Origin: Bacteroidia bacterium | Lineage (GTDB): Bacteria > Bacteroidota > Bacteroidia > UBA8524 | Direction: 5' to 3' | Length of the DNA stretch: 64,000 nucleotides | Assembly (NCBI GenBank): GCA_964215915.1 | Contig: CAXPEB010000026.1 | Location: 10,342 to 74,341 of the forward strand | Part shown: in pieces, positions 39,915-50,448 of the stretch | Position numbering within the stretch: the first letter of the stretch is position 1 | Layout: each line of letters starts with the position of its first letter | Notes under the pieces: model-generated | What the model was told of the DNA's origin: nothing | Databases searched by the model: none | The model's input: the letters and a program-made list of their open reading frames with translations, nothing else | Translations under genes and position numbers: made by a program

Positions 39915-42086
39915 TTAGCGGTTGATCACCACACTTCCGGTATATGTATCGGTATTGCTTACCACATTGAAGAAGTAAGTACCCGAAACCATTCCGGAGA
40001 GATCGACAGTAATGGTTTGACGGCCATTTGTCGCCTCATAAGCATGACTGTAAACCACTTTTCCGGTGATATCTACGAAAGTGAGTGTAAAGGCTTCTTC
40101 CGAGCGGATTTCGATATTCACCTCGTTGCTTGTAGGATTGGGGTATGCTTCTCCCACCAGGAAGCCACTTTCCTCCAGGTTGCGGATACCGGTTTTCTGT
40201 CCGGCTTTTTCCATCATCGGGCCAGGGCAGCAGGGGAAGAAACATTCCCGGCGGGTGATAATGGGGTTATATACTGCGGTATCTACCACTCCGGCTGTGG
40301 CCGGAGGTGTTCCGGCTGCAGGGGCATTTACGATGGTCCAGTTGGCATCATTACCCACATCACATCCGCCGGTAACCAGGATCAGGGTCTTACCGCCCTG
40401 GCTTCCACTGGCGATTTTAGGACCACCCAGGTCCGTAGAGGTTTGTGCACGAGCTGACAAGGCAGTTCCGTAACAAGCTCCGTGGTAGAAAGTAGGCTCG
40501 CATTCCGGACACCGTACCTGAACCCCGTCAGCCGTATTTCCGAAAGCCACCTTCCCGTTCCAGTCAACGGCCTCTGTTTCATAAGCAGCAGGGCAATAGG
40601 TGCTGTCTGTGGTGGTAGGTTTCACGGAAATTCCGGTTGCCGACCGGTTACTCACTACAAGCGTAGTGGGGTTAGTACCGTCAATTTGTAACACCATTGT
40701 GCTGTCGGAAGGGTCTTCGTCATTCACGAAATTGTAACAATTGTCATTGCCGTAATACATAACGATCACGGTTCCAACCGGTACGGAGGAAAGCTCATCC
40801 ACACTGGCAAACTTGAGGTGTCCGGAGGTGATTCCTTTTCCGGATCCGCTTCCGAATACTCCGTTGTTGTCGTCGATCACCCAACCGCGGATATCCACTT
40901 CCGTTGCAAAAAGATCTCCGATACAAGAAGCCACAAGAATCTCCACGTATTCGCAGCCTCCGCTGGGTCCGTTGGAGAATTCGGTTACAATGAGGGAAGC
41001 CGTACCGGAAGTCGGTTCGGGTTCGAACTCGTAACAGATGGGATACGTATGCAACAGGTTGGTTACGCTGTCGCGGTAGTCCTGGTTGTCGTTGCTGTTC
41101 ACAAGTCCTGGAGTGGCATTGGCATAGGAGATAGCGCGCCAGTTGGCATCGGCAGCGATATCATTCAAGCCGGTTCCCTGGAAGAACTCAAATGCTCTTC
41201 CCGTACCGCCCAATGAATCCACCACTATGTGGGGGCCTTCCACTCCCACGGTGCTATCCATAATTACGTGGCTGTTCTGAGCGCTATACGATACGCCATG
41301 ATAAAAACCGGGCTCGTCGGAATAAGCCGGCACATCGATACATCCCGGACACCTTACCTGGAAACCATCACCGAGAATACTGTCGCCATTGCGCAACCCT
41401 ACGGCATTCCAGGCATTGCTGTCGAGCGTATAGGCATCCTGACTGCAATAGAAACGCTTGTTGTTAGTCCCGACAATGGGCGTATTGCCTTTGTATTCGA
41501 TGTAGGGGCTGATGCCCACTGCAACAAAGACAAAAATGCTGTCGGAACCGTTGTTAACGGCATAAACACCGTTGGCATCGTTGAAGGCATTAACAAATGC
41601 CTGATTGTTCTGATCGAACCTGGAAGTGTCTTTTCCGTTAAAGAGGACAATGTAAGTACCCACTTCCACATTTTCCCAGAAGCCATCCGTGGAACCGAAG
41701 CGCAGGTGTCCCGGAGAGATTCCGGCGCCTGAAACGGTGGTTCCGTTGAATATCCCGTTGTTGTCATCGAACAACCAACCGGTGATATCCACGTAAATAT
41801 CGGTACCCTGGGTGTTGTTATTGGCCACGATCAGTTCCGCCCATTCTTTGCTGCCGTCCGGGCCATTGGAAAATTCGTTCAGCAAGAGTGTTCCTTTTTC
41901 GGATTGTGAAAAGGCGGTAAGGGAGATTAATGAGAATGCCATAACCTGGAACATCCTCATTCTTGTTGAAAGTTTTTTGAGCTTTTTCATAGATTCAGCT
42001 GTTTGATGAATTAAAGATTTGTTTGACTGAGTCAAAGTTAAATCCATGAAAAAGCGTGCTTTATGTAAGAATCGTGAATATCCCAT
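39915..42086 (-). CDS. T9SS-sorted protein with two lamin-tail (LTD) domains
   Basis: LLLNEFSNGPDGSKEWAELIV and LIVTEFSNGPSGGCEYVEILV match the LTD pattern. C-terminal CTD AYPNPTSNEVNIEI...GTYFFNV. Real start probably MKKLKKL (about 41990). Confidence 0.6.
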   Translation of the reverse strand: MGYSRFLHKARFFMDLTLTQSNKSLIHQTAESMKKLKKLSTRMRMFQVMAFSLISLTAFSQSEKGTLLLNEFSNGPDGSKEWAELIVANNNTQGTDIYVDITGWLFDDNNGIFNGTTVSGAGISPGHLRFGSTDGFWENVEVGTYIVLFNGKDTSRFDQNNQAFVNAFNDANGVYAVNNGSDSIFVFVAVGISPYIEYKGNTPIVGTNNKRFYCSQDAYTLDSNAWNAVGLRNGDSILGDGFQVRCPGCIDVPAYSDEPGFYHGVSYSAQNSHVIMDSTVGVEGPHIVVDSLGGTGRAFEFFQGTGLNDIAADANWRAISYANATPGLVNSNDNQDYRDSVTNLLHTYPICYEFEPEPTSGTASLIVTEFSNGPSGGCEYVEILVASCIGDLFATEVDIRGWVIDDNNGVFGSGSGKGITSGHLKFASVDELSSVPVGTVIVMYYGNDNCYNFVNDEDPSDSTMVLQIDGTNPTTLVVSNRSATGISVKPTTTDSTYCPAAYETEAVDWNGKVAFGNTADGVQVRCPECEPTFYHGACYGTALSARAQTSTDLGGPKIASGSQGGKTLILVTGGCDVGNDANWTIVNAPAAGTPPATAGVVDTAVYNPIITRRECFFPCCPGPMMEKAGQKTGIRNLEESGFLVGEAYPNPTSNEVNIEIRSEEAFTLTFVDITGKVVYSHAYEATNGRQTITVDLSGMVSGTYFFNVVSNTDTYTGSVVINR

Positions 42087-42391
42087 TACCCCCGGTTATC
42101 ATTCAGGTTAATTCCGTGTTAATACGGATATTCTCTTCCTATGACCGGAAGAGCCGTCAACGCCCGCACTCCGGCGTCAATGAAAGAAACACCTGTCGGG
42201 TTCCAGGCTCCGAAACATTGCGTTGTGCTCCCGTATATTTACCGGAATCCCTTCCCGCAAGAAGGAGTTTCTTCATAAAAGAATATGTTACAAGCTGATT
42301 TTGTGTGTTTTAAAAAACACCTTTCCTTATTAAGGATACAGGACCCCCGGTTTTCTATCATAAAAATCTCAGCCGGAAGGAGGGTAAAAGA

Positions 42392-43792
42392 TCAGACAAA
42401 ACGGGCAAGGTTCATCAGTCCGGTTTCTTCCTTTACCCTGTCAATGGCGGCACGCAGCCGGTCATGATCAATGGTCGGATCAAAACTTTTTACCACGTGC
42501 AACAAATGGTTCAATACCTTACGATGCGTCTCTTTGACCCGGTACCTGGAGAAATACTTCCTGAGCAGGCTGACTTCATGACCTATATAAAGGAATTCCT
42601 GCTGCCGGATCATATTAAGCAGGTTCAACAGGGTGATCTCCATCAAGGTCCAGGCGGTATGCCCGCTTTTGGAACCACTGCGTGTTTTAACCAGCAGGCT
42701 TCCGCTTGTCGCATAATTCCCCAGATAATATTCCTTCAGGGCTAAGAAGTAGTTCAGGTGTGTCCGGTATTTGGCGGGTGCTTTTTGCAGAGAGTCTTCA
42801 TCCAGAAGCTTGTCTATAAAGGCCGCTGCCTGCTTAAACCGACTTCGCTGAACATAGTCGCCAACGGAATGATAGACATAAACCACGAAGCTGCTGTTGA
42901 GCAGGTAATGATCACGCAATACCCGAATTCCCGGGTAAAGATTGCGCTGCAAAGCAGAAAAATGACTTTCCTCCGCCGTAAGTAAATGGTAGCGAAGGTA
43001 CAGACTGTCTATGGCCATTTGTGCCAGAGGGATAGTGCGTTTGATCAAATTATGCTGGCCAAGCCTGTTCAGGTTTTGCAAATGCTTAAGGGCAACAGCA
43101 GCCTGATCGGCGGAGCGCATTTCAACCAGGTTTAGTACGGAATCCGTAAACTCCAGGTAGAAGCGCAGGGTTTTGCTTTGGAGCATCAAACTACACTGAT
43201 TCAGCTTTTCCCGTTCTGAACGCAATTCTCCAAACAGCCTGCTGTCTTTATAATAGAAGAGTTCCTGTGCGTGGATGAGGCGACCGAAGAATAAACGATC
43301 GGCTTCAAAACGGATCTCGGCTTTATGCGTTGCAGTTTCGATATGCCTGGAAATTTTCTCCTGCATACGTGGATCTCCCATGTGGAGGTAATAGTAGCAG
43401 GTATGGATTTCACGGAGTTCCGGATACAATTCATAACGATTCACGGTCTTCTCGAGCTTCCGTAACTCCCGGAGCAACATGTCATTATCTGCGTTCATCA
43501 ACAAGGGGAATAAGCTCTGAACCTGCTCCTTGACGCGGATTACCTCATTCCGCATAAACTCCTGCTTAACGGCCATAATATCATCCAAAAGCCTGTTTTT
43601 CAGGGTATAGATGCTATTGGAATTCTTGTTGTAATCCAGGTGTCTGCCGATCTCGTGATTGTCCGTATCGGTATCGCTCTCCACAATAAAATTCAATAGC
43701 CTTACCTTGATGTGCTGGTTCTTGATTCTTCTTAACAGCAGGATCCTTTCTTTGGTGGACAGGTTCCTCACCACACTGTTGAACATGATCAT
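42392..43792 (-). CDS. Hypothetical cytoplasmic protein (466 aa)
   Basis: Long ORF with helical and charged composition. No recognisable domain. Confidence 0.45.
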   Translation of the reverse strand: MIMFNSVVRNLSTKERILLLRRIKNQHIKVRLLNFIVESDTDTDNHEIGRHLDYNKNSNSIYTLKNRLLDDIMAVKQEFMRNEVIRVKEQVQSLFPLLMNADNDMLLRELRKLEKTVNRYELYPELREIHTCYYYLHMGDPRMQEKISRHIETATHKAEIRFEADRLFFGRLIHAQELFYYKDSRLFGELRSEREKLNQCSLMLQSKTLRFYLEFTDSVLNLVEMRSADQAAVALKHLQNLNRLGQHNLIKRTIPLAQMAIDSLYLRYHLLTAEESHFSALQRNLYPGIRVLRDHYLLNSSFVVYVYHSVGDYVQRSRFKQAAAFIDKLLDEDSLQKAPAKYRTHLNYFLALKEYYLGNYATSGSLLVKTRSGSKSGHTAWTLMEITLLNLLNMIRQQEFLYIGHEVSLLRKYFSRYRVKETHRKVLNHLLHVVKSFDPTIDHDRLRAAIDRVKEETGLMNLARFV

Positions 43793-44356
43793 TTTTGAAA
43801 GATTTTACGCCATAAACTAAATTCCAGGCATTACATCTCCCCCCCGATCACAAAAGTATCTGATTAGTTATGCCCGAATTTTAACCCACGCACCTTTTTC
43901 ATAACTTCTCACTTGGCGAATAACAGAGTCATAATGTAAGAGTAAGAATATTATAGTCCATAATGGCAGAAAAAACAGCTCGACGACCGAGAGGATCTAA
44001 TTTTCCTTTAGCCCGTAACAATAGAGCCAGTCAGACGGATGCCTTTGTCTGCCCGGATAAAACACAGCAAGCTTTTAACCGGACGAAATTCATTCAAGAA
44101 CCCACCCACCACAAACTTTTCCGCTAAACAGGCAATGTGGCAGCATGTAAACAGCACAAACTTTCTTTCTGCTATTCCCTTGGGAACACCCGAGAATTCA
44201 GGAAATAATCCGGGTTTTCCCCGATAAGGGAAACCCACGAAGGCGATATTAATAAGGGCATCATGTTCCGGCAACCCAGTATTGCCGACCCGTTAACCTT
44301 CGGGTAATGTGAAAAAATGGGCTACCCTGGTCGCAGTGCTGCGCGTCCATGACCCG

Positions 44357-44392
44357 ATAACCAAATCCATAACCAAATCCATAACCAAATCA
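44357..44392. repeat. 12-bp tandem repeat (ATAACCAAATCC) x3
   Basis: gATAACCAAATCCATAACCAAATCCATAACCAAATCag, immediately 3' of the symporter gene. Confidence 0.7.
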
Positions 44393-44400
44393 GTAGCCAT

Positions 44401-45747
44401 TCACGGCAGGCTAGGGTCCGTTGTATCAGGTTCAGGCTTATTCCCGAACCATTTATCAAACAATACGGTTGCCGTAAGATCACCGGTAACGTTCACGGCA
44501 GTACGGAACATTCCCAATATGCGGTCTATGCCAATGATCACGATTAGACCATCGACCGGTATTCCACTGCTTTTGAGAACGGAGGCCAGCACAATCACAC
44601 CACCCCCGGGAATAGCCGGTGTACCGATAGAGGCAGAAACAACGGTGACTACCAGTAACAGTACATTAAGCAGCGTGAGTTCAATACCATAAGCCTGCGC
44701 CATAAAAAGAACGGTGACACATTGAAACAGGGCGGTTCCGTCCATATTGATCGTTGCGCCAACGGGGATCACAAAATCACTGATCCGGGAAGATACTCCC
44801 AGCTTTTCATCGGCCACCTTCATGGAAACAGGCATCACGGCCGCTGAACTCGCGGTGGAAAAGGCAAGTAGCTGTGCATCTTTGATGGCCGCAATGAAGC
44901 GAAAAGGGTTTTTCTTCATGATGAGGGCATACAGGATCAGGTAGAAACCAAGCAGGATAAGCAGCCCCAGGACCACCACCAGAATATAGTAGCCAAGCCC
45001 GAGAAAGATCTCAAAGCCTGTTGCCGCCACCAGGGCCGCTATCAATCCGAATACGGCAAAGGGCACCAACCGCATGGCCCAGCCGATTACGATCATGCAG
45101 ATCTTCTCTATGGATTCAATAAAGCGAATAACGGGACCGGAGTTTTTGTGTTCCATTTGGGTGATCGCCACACCGATGATTATGGCAAATACCACAACGC
45201 TGAACAGTTCCCCGGTTAGAATGGACTCTAACGGGTTGACCGGGATAATGTTCGAGATGGACTCCGCCAGATCCAGTCTGACCGGGGTTTCCTCGCTAAC
45301 AGGCATGGAAGGAGCACCCTGGCCGGAAAACCCGCCGCTGCGAAATACCGATATCCCGGGTTTGAAAAGGTAGGCTACAACAATACCGATGGTAACTGCG
45401 ACCACCGTTGTGAATATGAAGTAGAGGAGTAGTAACAACCCGAATTTTTTCAGGTTATCGGAAACATTGCTTACCAGACCGGAAATGATGGAAGCCACGA
45501 TCAGGGGAATCATCACCATCTGGATGAGCTTCATGAATATATTTCCCGGGAGGTTAAGCCAACGACAGAAGGATGCACTGACCGATTCTGATACCAGGCC
45601 GGCAGAAGGGTTGAGCAGGAAACCCACCCCGGCTCCCAGGAGCATGCCAATAATCACCTTAAGCCACAAGCGGCCTTTCACCAGGTGGTTTAGGTAAACC
45701 GAAAGGTCATTCAGGGGCTTTTCAAGGAACCGGTAATGATTATTCAT
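44401..45747 (-). CDS. Dicarboxylate/amino-acid:cation (Na+/H+) symporter, DAACS (GltP) family
   Basis: 448 aa with multiple transmembrane helices. Family-typical segments AIPGGGVIVLASV, ATINMDGTAL, RTAVNVTGD. Confidence 0.85.
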   Translation of the reverse strand: MNNHYRFLEKPLNDLSVYLNHLVKGRLWLKVIIGMLLGAGVGFLLNPSAGLVSESVSASFCRWLNLPGNIFMKLIQMVMIPLIVASIISGLVSNVSDNLKKFGLLLLLYFIFTTVVAVTIGIVVAYLFKPGISVFRSGGFSGQGAPSMPVSEETPVRLDLAESISNIIPVNPLESILTGELFSVVVFAIIIGVAITQMEHKNSGPVIRFIESIEKICMIVIGWAMRLVPFAVFGLIAALVAATGFEIFLGLGYYILVVVLGLLILLGFYLILYALIMKKNPFRFIAAIKDAQLLAFSTASSAAVMPVSMKVADEKLGVSSRISDFVIPVGATINMDGTALFQCVTVLFMAQAYGIELTLLNVLLLVVTVVSASIGTPAIPGGGVIVLASVLKSSGIPVDGLIVIIGIDRILGMFRTAVNVTGDLTATVLFDKWFGNKPEPDTTDPSLP

Positions 45748-45946
45748 GTCGCCCGAATTTACGCATTGTGCATTACGGATTCAGGTATAGCGGCTAAATT
45801 CATTTTTGCCGGGTAAGCATGATAAAAGAGGCTATTCCGTATGGAAAGCAACCTGAACATCACTGGCTCGCAAATCTTCGGCATTTATATTCCATAAGGT
45901 TTCCTCAAAGGGCACCGGGATACAATGACTTAATCAGCACAAAAAG

Positions 45947-46781
45947 CTACTTGTTTTTGAGCTTTTTAACCGCTTTAGTAAAGCGGCCATTGGTTAGGGT
46001 ATCGATGTCTTCGATCAGCTGCCTTTTGCGTTCTTTTGCCGAGTGAAAAATCGACTTTTCAACGGCATCATCTTTTTTCCTCCATAACCTCACAATTCCG
46101 TGCAGGTCGACTTCATTTATCAGGTATGGATTAAATTCCAGTCGGAAGCCGGACTCACCGAGCCATTTATCTACATTGAAATTATAGACCGGTTTCCAGA
46201 TGGCACCGTGGTCTCTTAAATACAGCATCCCTCCCGGCTTAAGTACCCGGTAAAACTGACGAAGCACCTCTTTTAACAGCTTCTTGTTGAGCTCCGGCAA
46301 AACCTGAACGCAGATTATTAGGTCAAACGAGTTATCCTCCAGGAGGTCAAACCTCCAGGTTGGCAGATGGAATATATCTGCCGAGTTATCAATGGCAAAA
46401 TCATCGGGGTGATCCAAATAATTCTTTGACTCTCAATGGCATTGCACTGTAGTACAGGCTTTGCAGACAATACGAGCATTCTATGGCGTCAATGGAAACG
46501 TAGGTTTCACAGTTTCCTGCCCATAGATTTGCCTGCCGGCCGTATCCGGCGCCAAAATCCAGAACCCTGTTGATTTTGTTCCTTGCCGGCATGGGGTACA
46601 AAGTAGGCATCAGATAATCATGTGCATTGTTGTAGCCAATCCGCTTATCATAATTCTCCCAGTCGTACTGAAGCCCAAGGCTTGAAAGTATTTGTTGGTC
46701 GTTCTTCCGGGATTGTTCGACAAGGGGATCAATTATGTGATCAGGCACGTAATTGGGATAATCTTTTTCAAACCAGTTCAT
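45947..46781 (-). pseudogene. Class-I SAM-dependent methyltransferase split by a frameshift (two ORFs 46401..46781 and 45947..46417)
   Basis: Upstream ORF carries motif I (VLDFGAGYGRQA). Downstream overlapping ORF carries post-I and motif III (FDLIICVQVL, LKPGGMLYL). The two frames overlap over 46401-46417. Confidence 0.55.
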
Positions 46782-47412
46782 CCACTTAACCAGGTCGGCA
46801 GGACCATTGTACCGGCTAAAGTCTTCTATTATATCGTCTTAGGTGTCTTTTCTTTCTTTTCGTTTCTCCTGATAACTCCAACTCGAATTCCACGCGGTGA
46901 CATACTTCTCACCATCTCTTCTGAATGCTTCTCTGAATTTCTCCTCAAGGGTCCTTTTCTCCATTTAAAAGATGCTTTAGCTTATTTCATTGGAAAAATA
47001 GTTTTTTAAAGTTTCTCAACCACTACTTTTTACCTAGAACTTTGAGGAAAGAGAACTCCTCAGAGGCCCCTTGCACCTCTTCAGAAGCCGCTTTCATCCC
47101 AAGCCACATCCTCCAAAACATCAGGTTTTACAGCACTTCCCACTTCATCAAACCTTTCTAGCCCAGGAACTCACTAGCCGTTCGTCGAGGTGACTAGCGG
47201 CCTCATTCAGAGTTTTAAAATATGCCCATTCTCTCGTTGAGCGTGGTGGCAAATTCGGGTGCCGGGACCTGAAGAAACCGCACGCTTTTGTTGCGGCACG
47301 TGCTGCAGGAAAACAGCCTTACTTTAAAGGAAGATTCAGAATTATGACCTGTGGGCAGGAAGACACTTTACCGTTTTTGAATGCCTGTAGCTCCGATTGT
47401 TCTTTTTTGGAT

Positions 47413-47442
47413 GCCCATTTTTTACTTGTCTAAAAAATGGGC
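47413..47442. repeat. Perfect 11-bp inverted repeat (GCCCATTTTTT-acttgtct-AAAAAATGGGC) in an ORF-free gap
   Basis: Read directly from the sequence. Lies in the about 1.07-kb gap (47010-48084) that has no ORF of 60 aa or more on any frame. Confidence 0.8.
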
Positions 47443-48084
47443 GAAAAAAGGACAGTTTTCCTGAAGGCGCCTTCCAGCCGCACCGGCCTCCCTCCGCAAC
47501 AAAAGCTTGGCCATCGCTGGAATCTTTTCCATAACCGTATTCCTAACAAGAAGATCCTGTTTTCAAAATAACTAAATGAAGTCACTCCTTGTTTTGAAGG
47601 AAAAGATTAAGGCGATTTGGCGCACAGGCTCCGCACGCTTTTATTGCGGCACACGTTGCAGTGGGGGGGATAGAGAGGCTCATTTCAACACTTGGTAAGA
47701 GGAAAGCAAGGGCTGACCGTGTCTGAACCGACCTCGTATATGGTGCTTGTTAGTTTCTTGATAGATGGTGTTTGTTTGATACAGTTGGTTGGTATTTTAC
47801 TCATTGTCTGCAATAGAACCAAAGTTGCTGAGCCGATATTTTCAAAAAGTTAGATATGACCAAGGCTATTTTCATTCTTACCTAATAAAGAATACCTCAT
47901 GGCTGAGGTGAATGCATGAAGACTTTGGCCTCATAATGAGGTCATTTGGTAAAAATATTTGATCAAGCGCGGCGGAATATTTATAAGGTATAATTAAGTA
48001 TCTATGAAATTGAGGTAAAACTTATCCTGGACATTGTGCTAATGATTATTATCAATTATTATTGACCGTTTCTTTTAGTAAGCA

Positions 48085-50448
48085 GTGTTACGGGTTTCAC
48101 TTTTTATTCTGGTGGGAATTTCAAGCTATTTTCAAATGCTTTCAGGTCAGGTGTTTGTGCAATCTTACGCAAGGGAACTAGATGTATCAGATGTTGCCGA
48201 ACAGTTACTTAATGCTACCGTGTATAGGTTGGACGGTGAATTGGGAACAATCCGAATTGAGATTGAATTGAATGATTCCAATCTGAACTATATCTATAAG
48301 TATCAGTCTGCATTCTTCATACTGCAGGATTCCATACTCTTATCAGAAAAGAAAAACCAGTTTACTTCAATAGATTCCCCGGTTCAATTAGAAGAACACC
48401 GACGTCTGTTTGTTCGTTATTCTGTGCTGGATGATGAGGATATATCGTTAGGAGAATATCTTTATGAATATAAGCTTAAGGATAATAATGGAGAGATAGA
48501 AAAAGAAAGGCCACCAATCCCCTCTCGTTTTTCACTTCACGGCACCATGAAAGTACGGTACACCTATAACAGTGCAAACTTCGAGAATAGTGCTTACCCG
48601 AAGCATTTGTTCTTTTATGAAGTTGATCCGAAGATTTCAGTGTTGGGTATTCCCCTTAATGCGAACATTCGAATTAGCCCGGAAGAAGGGAGTATTTCCA
48701 GGAAATTGTCATTTGCCAGATTCAGTTTAGATGCGGAGAAGTATCAGGAAATAAGATCACGAGCCAGAGAGGAAGTGAAGAACAGGGAAGAACAACTGAT
48801 AAATAATATAGAAAAAAAGGCCAAAGAAAAATTACTGGAGGAGAAACAGAAGCTGGAATCACAACTGGATGCGGTTAACCGTCAAATTAAGGACTCTGCA
48901 GACCGCTTCCGTCAGTTGGATACTTTCGGGAACAGAGAATGGGTAGATACATCTGCTTACCGGGAATACCTCAAGGATTCTGTTTCTGAGTTGGAGAACG
49001 ACAAACGGAAACAAATCAGGGAAGGGTTGGACTCCCTCAAGATCGTAAAGGCGCAAATCGAAAGCCGGATACAAAAAATTGACAGTACTGCAAGAACATT
49101 GCGCCAATCCATTTCTGACAGTATGGTGCATTTCAGGTCTTTGATAAAGGGGCCAGATAAACCGGTATTCAGGAATGCCGGATTTCGAGGGTATGAAATA
49201 GAAGGGTTATCCATAGGGCGGTTCTATCCCAACTTGCCAAAAACCATTGGTAGTCAAAGTTCAGTGCAGGGTGTAGATGCCGGGATTAGGCGAGATAATT
49301 GGCTGCATGAATTCAGTATCGGCAAAGTAAGCGACCTTTTTAGCAGAACTGCATCTATTGGGCTGATCAGGTATTCTGTCAGTAAAACGGAGGAGAGAAA
49401 ATACAGGATAAGGTTCACAAGCCTTTACACAGGTTCATATGGAAGGAATGCTGCCTTTAAGTTACGTAACCCTGTATTCGGATTAGAAGCACAACGTGAA
49501 CTCATAAAGAACGGCATATTGAATATAACAGGTGAAGGGGTAGTTAGCAGGTTAGTAGCATTCAACAACGGTCTTCAGGAAGGCTCTGTTGAAAGTTTGG
49601 CTTCCAGGGAGCAAGTGTTATTAATGCGACAGGATTTTTTCCCCGGATATGCCGGTGAACTCGGTGTTAATGGAGAGGTTGCCGGATTCCGCTACACATT
49701 GGCGTATTACCGAACGTCCATTAACTATACTACTGCGCTAAATCCATTCATTCTTAAACAACTGAGTACCATTTCATATGGGATAAGCAAATCGATACTG
49801 AATAATTTCCTGAGACTTGGGTTTAATGGGATGCATTCAAAAGAAGGGGAGGTATCCGAGCTTGACCAGTACAAAGCCGAGATGAGGATAAACCCCAAAC
49901 GTTCCCCCCGTTTGTCCTTATCTGCCATGACATTTGACCGGACATTTGCCGCAGGAGCATCACAAAAGTTGATAATGCTGAGAGCACAATCTGATTATTC
50001 CTTTCAACTGTTCGGAAATTTTAACCAGGTACAAACCTATTTTCACTGGCAAAGGACAAACACAAACAGAACCTCCCTTATTCAAGTATGTAATTGGGGG
50101 ATTACAGACCTGATCAGAATTAGTGAACGCATGAACCTCAACATGAGTTTCAATACGACACATTCTAAAAATGTTATCGGGAGTTCTACACAGAATATTA
50201 TTCAGAATGCAGGCGGGGTTTCGCTTAGCTATCTGATATCGGAAGCGATTCAATTCGGGATTCCGCTGAAATATTTAACAACGGGCCGCAGTTCAACCCT
50301 GGCAAGCGGTTTCTTTGCTTCATTCAGGTTCAAAGGCTTGTCTGGAGGAATACGTTACGATTTAAATTCGTTAACGACTCCAACGGAGATGGCATTATAC
50401 AATCGAAACATTAACACTATACAAACCACCTTAGGATATGCATTTTAG
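48085..50448 (+). CDS. Predicted outer-membrane beta-barrel protein with long central coiled coil (first gene of the Tc-like operon)
   Basis: GTG start (in-frame TAG/TAA immediately upstream) giving signal-like MLRVSLFILVGISSYFQMLSGQ. About 130-aa heptad-rich coiled coil (EEVKNREEQLINNIEKKAKEKLLEEKQKLESQLDAVNRQIK...). C-terminal about 400 aa of alternating amphipathic strands ending ...QTTLGYAF (aromatic C-terminal residue typical of OMP barrels). Visibly AT-rich. Confidence 0.6.
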   Translation: MLRVSLFILVGISSYFQMLSGQVFVQSYARELDVSDVAEQLLNATVYRLDGELGTIRIEIELNDSNLNYIYKYQSAFFILQDSILLSEKKNQFTSIDSPVQLEEHRRLFVRYSVLDDEDISLGEYLYEYKLKDNNGEIEKERPPIPSRFSLHGTMKVRYTYNSANFENSAYPKHLFFYEVDPKISVLGIPLNANIRISPEEGSISRKLSFARFSLDAEKYQEIRSRAREEVKNREEQLINNIEKKAKEKLLEEKQKLESQLDAVNRQIKDSADRFRQLDTFGNREWVDTSAYREYLKDSVSELENDKRKQIREGLDSLKIVKAQIESRIQKIDSTARTLRQSISDSMVHFRSLIKGPDKPVFRNAGFRGYEIEGLSIGRFYPNLPKTIGSQSSVQGVDAGIRRDNWLHEFSIGKVSDLFSRTASIGLIRYSVSKTEERKYRIRFTSLYTGSYGRNAAFKLRNPVFGLEAQRELIKNGILNITGEGVVSRLVAFNNGLQEGSVESLASREQVLLMRQDFFPGYAGELGVNGEVAGFRYTLAYYRTSINYTTALNPFILKQLSTISYGISKSILNNFLRLGFNGMHSKEGEVSELDQYKAEMRINPKRSPRLSLSAMTFDRTFAAGASQKLIMLRAQSDYSFQLFGNFNQVQTYFHWQRTNTNRTSLIQVCNWGITDLIRISERMNLNMSFNTTHSKNVIGSSTQNIIQNAGGVSLSYLISEAIQFGIPLKYLTTGRSSTLASGFFASFRFKGLSGGIRYDLNSLTTPTEMALYNRNINTIQTTLGYAF

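Noticed and set aside
44008-44274. 88-aa minus-strand ORF in the long intergenic region
   Set aside because: No recognisable domain. Overlapped by an equally plausible plus-strand ORF. Retained only as a remark in findings.
44309-44692. 127-aa plus-strand ORF whose N-terminus translates the 12-bp repeats (ITKSITKSITKS)
   Set aside because: Mostly antisense to the 3' end of the DAACS symporter gene. The repeat is more plausibly non-coding.
46692-47009. 105-aa plus-strand ORF
   Set aside because: Starts inside the split methyltransferase on the opposite strand and extends into the ORF-free gap. No protein-like features.
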